A stretch of DNA of 57,283 nt, filler included, from a bacterium (GCA_040757115.1; 3 parts of 3 records of this genome joined end to end with filler, not necessarily neighbours in it), one strand, 5' to 3'; positions 36,674 to 46,586 are shown, counted from the first letter of the whole stretch. The notes: generated by a model from the sequence alone, not told the origin. A program made the numbers and translations.

Positions 36674-37252
36674 ATGAATATCCTCGCTGGACTTGAAACA
36701 TTTCTATATGTTATCTCATCTGCCCTCTTTTACCCGGTAATAGCCGGGCTTGTTCTGCTCACCTTCTGGATAGTTATCTTTTTGGGCGGCTTTTTGCGGG
36801 AGTATATTGAAAGAAGGCAAGGACATTATCTTGCTGTCGAAAGGTATAAAACGGTGATATCATCTCCAGCGGTTGACACCAACCTTGACCTTCATCTGGA
36901 AAGACTTCTTCAGAAAGCCGAGCTTGACCTTATCAAATCGCTTGACCAGATAAGGTTTGTCATCAGGGTTGGTCCGGCACTTGGGTTGATGGGGACATTA
37001 ATACCAATGGGCATAGCCCTTTCTGCCCTTGCCCAGGGTGATATGCCAAAGATGGCAGGAAGTATGGTTACTGCCTTTACCACTGTTGTGGTTGGATTGG
37101 CGTGTAGTGTTATTGCCTATATCCTATCTTTGATTAAAGAGAAATGGGTAAGGGCAGATATGCGGGAAATGGAATATTTAACGGAGTTAATGCTCCGAAA
37201 TGCAAAATTGGAGGGAGCTAATGAAATTTTTGAAGAGACACAGACGATTTGA
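36674..37252 (+). CDS. MotA/TolQ/ExbB proton-channel family protein
   Basis: GPALGLMGTLIPM..AF.TTVVGL. Confidence 0.9.
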   Translation: MNILAGLETFLYVISSALFYPVIAGLVLLTFWIVIFLGGFLREYIERRQGHYLAVERYKTVISSPAVDTNLDLHLERLLQKAELDLIKSLDQIRFVIRVGPALGLMGTLIPMGIALSALAQGDMPKMAGSMVTAFTTVVVGLACSVIAYILSLIKEKWVRADMREMEYLTELMLRNAKLEGANEIFEETQTI

Positions 37253-37559
37253 AAAATACGATGAGCCACTTGAAGATCCAATCTCAGGGGTAGCAAATCT
37301 GTTTGATGCCAGTGTGGTCTTTATTGTCAGTATGATGATTGCCCTTTTTATGGCTTATAATATGCTCGATTTATTAGACCCAAAATCAGAGGTGACCATC
37401 ACAAAAAAGACCGCGGATGGAAAAATTGAGGTGATTACCAAAAAGGGCAAAGAGATAAAGGTGCAAAAGGTAACTGATAAACGATTAAGCGGCGAAGGCA
37501 TAAGACTTGGCACTGCCTATCAGCTTAAGGACGGGAGGGTGATTTATGTGCCGGAGTAA
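37221..37559 (+). CDS. DUF2149-family protein
   Basis: DPISGVANLFD..G.RLGTAYQLKDGRVIYVPE; ATG 37221. Confidence 0.88.
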   Translation: MKFLKRHRRFEKYDEPLEDPISGVANLFDASVVFIVSMMIALFMAYNMLDLLDPKSEVTITKKTADGKIEVITKKGKEIKVQKVTDKRLSGEGIRLGTAYQLKDGRVIYVPE

Positions 37560-37589
37560 AACAGGTAACTATATTCCCCTTTTTACACT

Positions 37590-37688
37590 TTAATGATGGA
37601 GTTTAGGATGTTTTGCTCGTTGATCAATATAAAGGAAAACGAGCCCAAAAATAATCATCACTATTCCGCCTATAATTACAGCATACAT
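37590..37688 (-). CDS. 32-aa single-TM peptide
   Basis: MYAVIIGGIVMIIFGLVFLYIDQRAKHPKLHH with AAGGAG RBS at the end of the upstream ORF. Confidence 0.5.
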   Translation of the reverse strand: MYAVIIGGIVMIIFGLVFLYIDQRAKHPKLHH

Positions 37689-37689
37689 C

Positions 37690-37875
37690 TTAGTTCTCCT
37701 TTTCCAAATAGATAGCAATTAAATAAGTAGCGATAGAAATTGCAATACCTGTTAAAATCAGAGAATAGTGAATCTTTGCACCTTGAAATATTGGTGCAAT
37801 AACCGATGCAGCAAAGATTATCTTTCCTGTATCAGTAAGGATATCAGCAATTCTTGCCTTTTGATTACTATTTAA
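37690..37875 (-). pseudogene. Small two-TM protein lacking an obvious start codon
   Basis: LNSNQKARIADILTDTGKIIFAASVI...YLIAIYLEKEN* preceded by in-frame ATA TAA. Confidence 0.45.
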
Positions 37876-37917
37876 TTATATCAGAAACTGAATAATTTCA
37901 CAGATAGATGCAGAGTT

Positions 37918-38083
37918 TAAATTCAAATATCAAAAATTAAATATCAAAATGACAATGCAAAATTAAAATTTAAAACTCAATGAAACTTCTAACATTTTTG
38001 CCCCAAGCATCTTAAAATAAAGGCAAAAAGTAATTTTGCATTTTAATATGTAATTTTAATTTTTGCACTTTGATTTTTGATAT
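37918..38083. repeat. Hairpin cassette with degenerate four-helix-bundle remnant
   Basis: AAATATCAAAAT-type arm, interior LNETSNIFAPSIL..KGKK*, inverted TTTTGCATTTT-type arm. Confidence 0.7.
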
Positions 38084-38253
38084 AAAATGTAAAGTGCACG
38101 AGCGAAGCGAGTGCCTATTTTGTTTCCTGATAATTCCAAAATTGGCATATTACTACGAGATTGTTTAGGTTATGAAGGATGCCAAATGAAAATGCTCTTG
38201 GATAAGGGTTTGCAAGTTGCATTCCCGATTTATTTTTCTTGTAATCTGAGTAA

Positions 38254-38353
38254 NNNNNNNNNNNNNNNNNNNNNNNNNNNNNNNNNNNNNNNNNNNNTTA
38301 ATTAATTAANNNNNNNNNNNNNNNNNNNNNNNNNNNNNNNNNNNNNNNNNNNN
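38254..38353. other. Assembly gap with artificial six-frame-stop linker
   Basis: N-run containing TTAATTAATTAA. Confidence 0.95.
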
Positions 38354-39139
38354 GCCCTTAAGAATGAGAGAGAGATAAGAATAGCCATACATGAGGGAGA
38401 GATTAAAGCAATACTTGAGTTAGCGAATATATCAAGCCCTGTTGTAGGAGATGGAGCACCAGAACCTAAATATGACCTTAGTAAACTTAATGAATCAGAT
38501 TGGCAGAAGTTAATAAATTCCTTTGGTAATTTACGGCAGTTAAATTATTCACCAACACAAGTAGGAGTAAGTACAACAAGTTTTGATGCAGTAAAGAAGG
38601 TATGTAGTGATGTAGTAAATACACAACTGGAGGCATTAGAGATAATAAAAGAGACAGTTGAAAAAGTGGGAGAACCTTTTAGAGATGCTAATCTTAATAT
38701 TCCCTCAGAAGCAGGACAAGAAATAGTAGTGGATGCTGTTGTAAGGGCATTATGGGAAAAAGGTTATGCCTTTCTTGCAAGTAGCATTACTGCTCCATCT
38801 CTATTTGGTGCTACTGGCGCCTTTGACCCCAAAAACTTAGGTGACCCGACGGATGTGGCAAGACTGCTGTGGAAACAAGGTGAAGAGTTTATAGAGGAGA
38901 AGAAAGGAGAAATTTGGCAAATAAATTCTAATCTAAATCCTAATTGGACTTTTGAGGCTAAAAAAGACGCTTCTCAAAGACTTGAAATTAGTGTAAATCA
39001 GGCTATAGAAGATTATCTTACGAGTATTAAATATGCTAATGATTACAAGGTAAGACTTGTTTTCCCAGATGTTAAGTTTGACTTTGAGAAATATATGAGA
39101 GGAGACTATTGGGTAGAAAAAGTTGTCCCTAAACAGTAA
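38354..39139 (+). CDS. Hypothetical protein, 5'-truncated by the gap
   Basis: Frame of ORF 38666 is open back to the gap edge (ALKNEREIRIAIHEGE...). Confidence 0.7.
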   Translation, partial: ALKNEREIRIAIHEGEIKAILELANISSPVVGDGAPEPKYDLSKLNESDWQKLINSFGNLRQLNYSPTQVGVSTTSFDAVKKVCSDVVNTQLEALEIIKETVEKVGEPFRDANLNIPSEAGQEIVVDAVVRALWEKGYAFLASSITAPSLFGATGAFDPKNLGDPTDVARLLWKQGEEFIEEKKGEIWQINSNLNPNWTFEAKKDASQRLEISVNQAIEDYLTSIKYANDYKVRLVFPDVKFDFEKYMRGDYWVEKVVPKQ

Positions 39140-39160
39140 ATTTAAGGAGGTTTTTTAACG

Positions 39161-40329
39161 ATGAAACGATTACAACTCTTAATAAAAATATCCTTATTTC
39201 TTATCCTTGGCAGTACTCTCATTGGTTGTGAGGACACTTCTACTGATACTTTCAATAAGATTGTTTTTGAAAGATATAAAAAACTTGGAGTTTCTGAAGC
39301 ATTAAAGAAAGAAAAAAAACTTTAACTCCTGAAAGGTTAGATGAAATATTGAAAACACTACCTTTCCACTCTCAGATAGTTATGATGAATGAAAATGGAA
39401 AAAATCAAAGGATAATAATAAAAGAGTTTGGAAAAGGGATAAGTTTAAGTTCTCCAGTTTGGTCTCCTGATGGGAAAAAAATTTTATTCTTAAAGGTTAA
39501 TAATCTTCAAAAGAAATGGAGTTTGTGGATAATGGATGCAAAGGGAAGAGAACAAATAGAGGTAGCAAAAGAAAATTTTATTATATCATCTCCTACTTGG
39601 CTCCCGACTGGAAATGAACTATCTGTTTCATCAAAATATAATGGATATTGGCAAATCTGGATAATGAATATTAATGAAAAAAAGTGGAAAAGGTTAACTG
39701 ATACTCCTATTAATAAGATTGGGATGCAATACTCTCTTGATGGAAAGAAGATTTGTTTTATCTCTCAAGAAGATGGAAAGGGAGACATATTAGAAAAAAT
39801 AGGAATGCCTCTCAAATATAGAAAATTTGATATTTATGTAATAGATGCTGATGGAAAGAATTTAAAGAAATTAACAAGTAATCCATCTAACGATGAAGAA
39901 CCCTGTTGGTCACCCGATGGAGAAAAAATAGTTTACAGTTCCTTCTGTGATGGTAATTACGAAATTTTTGTTATAGATAAAGACGGTAATAATCTAAAGA
40001 GATTAACTTATAATTCTGTTAATGACTTTGTTCCTACATGGTCTCCAGATGGTAAAAAAATCGCATTTGTTTCCGATGGTATGCTTTATTTAATGGACCC
40101 TGATGGCAAAAACCAAGTGAAACTTACAGATAAAACCCAGTGTTATGCTGCTGATGTTATTTGGTCCCCTGATAGTAAAAAGATTGCATTTATTGATGTA
40201 GGAAATGCTTCAAACAATTATAATACTGATATCTACATTATTGACATAAGTGGTAAAAACTTAAAGAATGTTACCAATACCCCTGATTGGTATGAATCAG
40301 GTCTTTCTTGGCGACCGATGGTTAAGTAA
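39161..40329 (+). pseudogene. TolB-like (PD40) beta-propeller lipoprotein, frameshifted in an A8 tract
   Basis: AAGGAGG+ATG 39161, lipobox LIGC, stop 39323; adding one A at 39312-39319 joins it to the WSPDG-repeat ORF. Confidence 0.8.
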
Positions 40330-40547
40330 AAAGTGGTAAAAATCCCACCTGTTTTTAGGTAATTTTCCCACTTCTTTGTAAAAAAATTATTGACAAATAA
40401 ACCTAATGTGTGGTAATATTATTCATCATTTAAGTTAAAAGCAGGAGATGGAAAGATAAGAATAAGTGGAGATTACTATATAACGGCTTTCAAATAAATT
40501 TAGGCCACCAGTATAAATAGTAAGGGAAAAAGGAGGTGATTTAGAAA

Positions 40548-41564
40548 ATGAAGAAGGTTATTATTTACTGGATGTTTGTTGTAATTCTTTGTGGTTGTGC
40601 TACAACAGGAACAAATGCGGCCAAACCTGATAGCAAATCGGGGATAAATGTTACTTCGACACCACCAGAATGTGGAGTAATTTTGTGTCAGGGGGATAGG
40701 AAAACTTTCTTGGGAACTACACCTTTAACTTTTAATCCCTCTATTTTTCTCAAGTCAGGTGAATTAGGATGGATTATAGTTTCTCATCGGGGGTATAAAT
40801 CTGCATCGGTTCCCATTGGGCAAGAGATGAAACCAATCGAGATTACTTTAGATAGAAGGGAAGATACTTCCCTTGAAAGTGTTTCTCCAAAGCAAATTTC
40901 TATTTGTTTACTTCAAATTAGTGGATTTAGGGGTTCTAAAGCAGCGGAGCGCGATGATATTGAGATTGAAAATAGCAGAAAACTTCTATTAAATTACTTT
41001 CAAGAAGGAACTTTTTCACAAAAATATAAATTAGAAATATCAGAAGGGTCGCGTGAAATTCCAATAGAAAAATGTGAGTTACTAATTTCACAATTTGATA
41101 TAGCATTAAAAGGACTCCTTCCAGAAGCAATGCCTTACTACTCTCGCCTTCCTGCTATTAAGGATAAGGAATCTCTTACTATACTTGCTGAAATGAGTAA
41201 AGCACAAGAAAGTGATGCAATTCTCTGTATTTATGGTGCAGCGTGTTTCAAACCAGCTGGTCAGAAGTTTGGAGAGGCTTTAATGTGGGGATCTATGGTA
41301 ACATTGGCAGTAGTGGCAGCTGGAGAAGGATATACAGTTACTCCTCAACCAGGTCAACGCTACTTCTGGGAAGGGACGACTGATAAAGCTATCCCAAAGG
41401 ATAGAGATGGTATTGCTCTAACAGCTGTAATTGTCAGGCCTGAAAATGGGGAGATACTTGCATTTGGGAAAGCATATCAACCAGGTAGATGTACTGACAA
41501 AAATGTTATCAAAGAAGTTACTGAAGATATTCTTCTGGTGATAAATCAAAATCTACTTAAATAA
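40548..41564 (+). CDS. Lipoprotein with PEGA-like N-terminal domain
   Basis: Lipobox LCGC; VTSTPP..LGTTPL..GY. Confidence 0.75.
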   Translation: MKKVIIYWMFVVILCGCATTGTNAAKPDSKSGINVTSTPPECGVILCQGDRKTFLGTTPLTFNPSIFLKSGELGWIIVSHRGYKSASVPIGQEMKPIEITLDRREDTSLESVSPKQISICLLQISGFRGSKAAERDDIEIENSRKLLLNYFQEGTFSQKYKLEISEGSREIPIEKCELLISQFDIALKGLLPEAMPYYSRLPAIKDKESLTILAEMSKAQESDAILCIYGAACFKPAGQKFGEALMWGSMVTLAVVAAGEGYTVTPQPGQRYFWEGTTDKAIPKDRDGIALTAVIVRPENGEILAFGKAYQPGRCTDKNVIKEVTEDILLVINQNLLK

Positions 41565-41597
41565 TCAGAAGAGTATATAGATAAATCCAAAAATTAA

Positions 41598-41730
41598 AAG
41601 ACTTCTGCAAAACAGGCTGATTTGTCATTGCGAGCGATAGCGAAGCAATCTCAACCCGTTGCAAATAAAGAGATTGCTTCGTCGCTGTGCTCCTCGCAAT
41701 GACAGATTCCAGGCATTTTGCAGAACTCTA
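41598..41730. mobile_element. MITE (TIR ..GASTTCTGCAAAA) carrying a GTCATTGCGAG palindrome
   Basis: AAGACTTCTGCAAAA...TTTTGCAGAACTCTA, 9-bp flanking repeat AAAAATTAA; interior GTCATTGCGAG..GCAATCTC / GAGATTGC..CTCGCAATGAC. Confidence 0.8.
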
Positions 41731-41758
41731 AAAAATTAACTATAAGGAGGAGAAAAAA

Positions 41759-42424
41759 ATGAGAAAAGGAAATAAAAAGACACTGGTTAGTTTATTAGTT
41801 ATACCACTATTATTCTTGTATGGTTGTGCTACGGTTCCAGTAATACCCCCTATGGCACTTGACCAGTCATATTTCCAAAAGACTCAAATACTTTTGATTA
41901 ATTGTCAGGCATCAGAGTATGGTGGATTTCATACAGATGCACAAGGTGGAATAGTTGGTATGGTGGCTGATGCTACTCGAGCACAAAAATTGAAGGAGGC
42001 AATTAAACCAATAAATGCTACCTACATAAGGCACAAAGTTGTAAGTGATGTTAAAACTACTCTTGAACCTGTATTTGATAATATCAAATTAGCAGAGGGT
42101 ACTACTAATCTCACTTTACAACCAGGAGAGCTTCTCTTAATTGTAAATGTTTCAGAATGGAAAATTAATCTTTCAACAGGTGCTTTTGGTCTGAAATTTG
42201 GTAATTACACAACCATGATGAAAGGAAAAGCTCAAATTACTAACGAAAAAGGAGAAGTAGTATTTCGAACAACTTTTGAGGTTAATACTGTACTTGGCGA
42301 TACATTAGAAGGGTTAATTAAGGATGATGGTAAAGTAATTAAAGAGGCGATTAATGAGAATATCAACAAGATAATATCAGCCGTTACAGGAGCATTGAAA
42401 AGTACTGCACCTACTGAATTGTAG
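41759..42424 (+). CDS. Hypothetical lipoprotein
   Basis: Basic N-terminus, hydrophobic core, lipobox LYGC; AAGGAGG RBS. Confidence 0.8.
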   Translation: MRKGNKKTLVSLLVIPLLFLYGCATVPVIPPMALDQSYFQKTQILLINCQASEYGGFHTDAQGGIVGMVADATRAQKLKEAIKPINATYIRHKVVSDVKTTLEPVFDNIKLAEGTTNLTLQPGELLLIVNVSEWKINLSTGAFGLKFGNYTTMMKGKAQITNEKGEVVFRTTFEVNTVLGDTLEGLIKDDGKVIKEAINENINKIISAVTGALKSTAPTEL

Positions 42425-42482
42425 AAAAAAGCAGAAGAGAAAAGATAAAGAGAGTACTTATAAAGCAAAATAGGGGTCTGGA

Positions 42483-43330
42483 GTGAATAGGTTTGTGGCG
42501 GCGGTGAGCTTTGCAGGGAATAATTTAGATAAACTGCCAACGGGTTTACTTACTCCTTTCCAGATGGAATTTCTTGGCACAACTATTAAAAAGGTTGGTG
42601 ACTACTACCAAAAAGGCGTGATGATTACTGGCAAAGAAAAGATATTTAGTGGTAAAGAGGTATCAGATGAAGAGCGGATAAGTTTAGCCGGGAATCTGTT
42701 AGGGGCGCATATCCAGAAAGCATTCGATAATGGTGTAGGAATAACCGATGCAGTAAGCAAAGGTCTGGCAGGATTTATTACTGATATGGTAGTAGATACC
42801 CCGAAAAATGTGGTTAAAGATGCATCTACGGTAACCAATTATGCCCTCCAGACATTAGCTAACCGGGCCATCAAGGCATATAGTTCGGTAGTTAAGACAG
42901 AGAGTGGTTATTATAGCGAGGTAGCAGGCAAGATTATTAAAGATGTAACCTTACCTCTGGACATATTAGAAAAGGGGATGGGGTTAAGTGGATGGGTGAC
43001 AGTGCCAAGAATCTCCTCTATCACCAGCTTTTAGATACATTTGGCAAAGAGCCACAAATTACTAATCCGCAAATCCAAAATCCAGGCCAAAGCACAGAGA
43101 CGTTCACTGGCGTAAATGAAGAAAACAATGAAAGATTCAAAGCAGACGCACAAAAGGTAATGGAGATAATAAAAGAGACAGTTGAAAAAGTGGGAGAACC
43201 TTTTAGAGATGCTAATCTTAATATTCCCTCAGAAACAGGCCAATCAATAGTAGTAGAAGCTGTTAAAAAGGCATTAGCGGAAGCAGGTTATTCCTTTCTT
43301 ATACCTAGTGCTCTGTCGCTACTCAAGTGA
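42483..43330 (+). pseudogene. Degraded module related to the 38354-39139 protein
   Basis: No RBS, frameshift near 42975-42990, 72 bp identical to 38639-38710, cut by a MITE at 43305. Confidence 0.6.
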
Positions 43331-43595
43331 TTGATTGGCCGTTGTCCCCCGCTGGCGGGAGTCTTATCGTTACCCACAAGTCCAAATATAGTTAATTGAC
43401 AATTATCAATTAGCCATTATCAATTCACAATTAATATTTGATGTTGACAAAATTAACAAATAATGGTCAATTGTTAATTGTAAATTGTCAATTGTTAATT
43501 ATTGGGGGCTGCATTCTTCTATTTCAGATTTCATATTCCACCCCCTTAATCCCCCGCCAGCGGGGAACATCAATTGAGTAGCGACAGAGCACTAG
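43305..43595. mobile_element. MITE with perfect 18-bp TIR inserted at CTAG
   Basis: CTAG-TGCTCTGTCGCTACTCAA...TTGAGTAGCGACAGAGCA-CTAG (IS630- or IS5-type target). Confidence 0.88.
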
Positions 43596-43616
43596 CATAA
43601 AGGTTAAAATAGTGTA

Positions 43617-44080
43617 TAGGGTTCTGCAAAATAGGATCTGGGAGAGACAACAAATAAATATTAAATATCAAATATCAAAATGCAAAATTATATCAATTTT
43701 AGTTAATTTCTGCCTCTTTAATAAGCCTTATATCTTAACGCCTATAGGTTAACAACCCCCTAACCCCCTTTATTAAGGGGGAATATTTGCTTCTTATTCG
43801 TGTGCATTCGTGTTGACAAAGAGGCAAAAACTTTATAGAATTGATATTACATATCAAATTTCAAAAAGAACTTCGAGAAAAGACTGTTAACGAAAGTAAG
43901 TTATGGCTTGCATTACTTTGTAATAGTAAACATGCTAAACCAGAGGAAGTAGCATGGTTTCTCAAAGAGTTGGAGGAATTTGGTAATATCTTTGCTTCAA
44001 GTATTTTAACGCTGAAAGGAAAGAGATAATTTTACATTTTGATATGTAATTTTTATATTTGCTTTTTGCATTTTGATCTT
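43617..44080 (+). mobile_element. Partial TTCTGCAAAA-family MITE with longer four-helix-bundle remnant
   Basis: Left end matches 9066/10858; encodes SNFKKNFEKRL then NESKLWLALL..WFLKELEEFGNIFASSILTLKGKR*; right TIR not seen. Confidence 0.75.
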
Positions 44081-44167
44081 TGAAGGAAATTCCTTTTGGA
44101 CACCAAATCTGCATAGATTTCACTATTAGAGTTATTTTCAGACACCACCAAAAATAAGGAGGTAAAA

Positions 44168-44677
44168 ATGTCAAAAAAAGTGGTAATGATAATTGCAGGG
44201 ATAAATTTCCGTGATGAGGAATACAAGGTGCCAAGAGCGATTTTAGAAAAGGCAGGAGTAGAAATCAAGGTCGCTTCTTCAGTAACGAAGCCTTGCCGTG
44301 GAGTGTTAGGAATGACAGTCACGCCGGATATGCTTATTAGCGAAATTAATGTTGGAGATTACGAGGCGATAATATTTGTTGGAGGAGGTGGGTCATCTGA
44401 ATACTGGAATAATGAAACCGCCTTATCTATCGCCAGAGAGTGTATTAAGTTAGATAAGCTTTTATGTGCCATTTGTATTGCTCCGGTTACATTAGCTAAT
44501 GCAGGAGTCCTGAACGGCAAAAAGGCAACCGTTTTTTCTTCAGAAATAGCCAGATTAAAAAATAAAGGCGTCAATTACACCGGTAGAGATGTCGAAATTG
44601 ATGGCAAAATTATCACGGCAAACGGTCCTGCCGCCGCAGGTAAATTTGGTGAAGCAATCGCTAAGGCTTTAGAGTAA
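44168..44677 (+). CDS. DJ-1/PfpI-family protein
   Basis: FRDEE, FVGGGG, AICIAP..LA.AG.L.GK.AT, ITANGP. Confidence 0.92.
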   Translation: MSKKVVMIIAGINFRDEEYKVPRAILEKAGVEIKVASSVTKPCRGVLGMTVTPDMLISEINVGDYEAIIFVGGGGSSEYWNNETALSIARECIKLDKLLCAICIAPVTLANAGVLNGKKATVFSSEIARLKNKGVNYTGRDVEIDGKIITANGPAAAGKFGEAIAKALE

Positions 44678-44679
44678 TG

Positions 44680-45029
44680 GTAACCATTTAGGTAATCCTT
44701 TACCGCAGAAACGCAAGAGTTCACAGAGAGGAAAATATCTTTTTTTTTCGTGTTTTTCGCGTTTTTCGGCGTTTAAAAAGGCTTAAAAATAGGTAAGCGT
44801 TCAGGTGGTGTAACAAAAGGAGATGTGGAGATTAAGGAGATAGGGAGATATTATTAAAAAAATTGAAATTAATAGAAACTAATAGAAATTTATGGAAATT
44901 TGTTGTTTTCCACAATCAATTTCTACCTATTTCTATAAATTTCAATCTATTTCTATTATCTTATCTCCATATCACTCTTATCTCCTTATCCCCTTTCTTA
45001 CACTTTTGATATATAGCCTGAACGGTTAC
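44680..45029. mobile_element. Nested GTAAC/GTAAG-family MITEs
   Basis: GTAACCATTTAGG at 44680 (inverted copy near 48842-48948); inner GTAAGCGTTCAGG 44793 ... CCTGAACGGTTAC 45029. Confidence 0.75.
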
Positions 45030-45089
45030 AACGATTGATTGCGTGGAGATATAAAAATACCAACTTCATAATTCTTAAAGGAATTAATC

Positions 45090-46379
45090 ATGAGAAAATG
45101 GATAATCGCTATCGACGGTCCTGCGGGTGCAGGAAAAAGCACGGTGGCAAAAATAGTCGCTAAAAAACTAAAAATTAAATATATAGATTCTGGGGCTATT
45201 TATCGCGCTATTACCTGGAAAGGATTAGAACAAAAGATTGATTTGAGTGATAAAGAGGCTGTAATTGAACTAACAAAGAAGATTAAGGTTGAGTTAAAAT
45301 CAAAGAAAAGTGTCTTTGTTGATGGCAAAGAGGTAACCAGAGAAATTAGAAAACCTGTAATTGACCAGAATATCTCTCTTGTGGCGAAAAATGAAGGAGT
45401 AAGAACCCAGGTAGTGAAATTGCTTCAAGAATTAAGTGAAACAGGTGGCGTAATTATGGAAGGACGAGATATTACTACGGTTGTCTTACCCAATGCGGAT
45501 GTTAAATTTTATCTCGATGCAAATGTTTTAACCAGAGCAAATAGAAGGTATAAAGAATTATTGGAAAAGGGTGAAACGGATATAAATTTTAATCAAATTC
45601 AACAAGACATCGAATATCGAGATATGCAGGATAAATCAAGAACTACTGGTCCATTAGTCAAAACCAATGATGCAATTTACCTTGATACCTCCAATCTAAC
45701 GATAAATCAGGTTACCTCCGCTATTATCAGAAGGATACGAGATATTCAAAGATTTAATCACCAGAATAAATTATATTTAATGATATATCTAATCGAAAGG
45801 ATACTTTTTAGAATATTATTTAATTTTAAAGTAACCGGGCAAGAAAATATCCCATTAACTGGTGGGGTATTAATTGCCGCAAATCATCAAAGCTACGCTG
45901 ACCCACCGGTGATAGGTGCGGCGTTACCAAGAGAGGCATATTTTATGGCAAAACAAGAACTATTTAATTATACCTACCTTCGCTGGCTTATCAGTAAGTT
46001 AAATTCCTTCCCGGTTAACCAGACAACAGTCACTGCACAAACATTTAAAAAAACCATAAGTTTATTGGAACAAGGATATGGAGTTGTGATATTCCCTGAG
46101 GGACAACGAAGTTTTGATGGTAAATTACAATCAGCAAAACCAGGGATAGGGCTGATTCTATGTAAGGCGATTGAGAAATGTCCCCAGGTTAAACTTATTC
46201 CTGCAAAAATATTGGGCACGGATAAGGTCTTACCGCGAGGGTCAAACAAGATTAACTTTTGCAATATTGAGGTAAGATTTGGAAAACCAATTGATATAAA
46301 TCAATTTACTCATCTTTCTTCTAAAGAAAAATATCAGGCAATTGCGGATACGATTATGGAAAAGATAGATAACCTCTAA
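45090..46379 (+). CDS. cmk: Cytidylate kinase fused to PlsC-like acyltransferase
   Basis: IAIDGPAGAGKST, DSGAIYRA, EGRDI; then NHQSYADP, FMAK, FPEGQRS. Confidence 0.9.
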   Translation: MRKWIIAIDGPAGAGKSTVAKIVAKKLKIKYIDSGAIYRAITWKGLEQKIDLSDKEAVIELTKKIKVELKSKKSVFVDGKEVTREIRKPVIDQNISLVAKNEGVRTQVVKLLQELSETGGVIMEGRDITTVVLPNADVKFYLDANVLTRANRRYKELLEKGETDINFNQIQQDIEYRDMQDKSRTTGPLVKTNDAIYLDTSNLTINQVTSAIIRRIRDIQRFNHQNKLYLMIYLIERILFRILFNFKVTGQENIPLTGGVLIAANHQSYADPPVIGAALPREAYFMAKQELFNYTYLRWLISKLNSFPVNQTTVTAQTFKKTISLLEQGYGVVIFPEGQRSFDGKLQSAKPGIGLILCKAIEKCPQVKLIPAKILGTDKVLPRGSNKINFCNIEVRFGKPIDINQFTHLSSKEKYQAIADTIMEKIDNL

Positions 46380-46408
46380 CTCAATAAGCATCTGTGATTC
46401 AGACAGAA

Positions 46409-46525
46409 GTCTACAAATATATCACTCCTAACGGAGTTTATAAAATATATTCAGCCCTGTAAGGGCGAGATGTTTATAGATTTATCGTCTCAACATCAAA
46501 TTAGCTCCGTAGGAGCGATATGTTT
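46409..46525. repeat. REP-like palindromes
   Basis: ATATCACTCCTAACGGAG / CTCCGTAGGAGCGATAT and GCCCTGTAAGGGC. Confidence 0.55.
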
Positions 46526-46586
46526 ATTGAGAAAGTTATAGATATTTTCGTGCAAAAGTTTGTTGGCAAATTTTCAGAGGAAAAAA

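Noticed and set aside
38100-38253. CRISPR leader or sigma54 promoter at the contig end
   Set aside because: No repeat is visible and there is no correct -24/-12 spacing.
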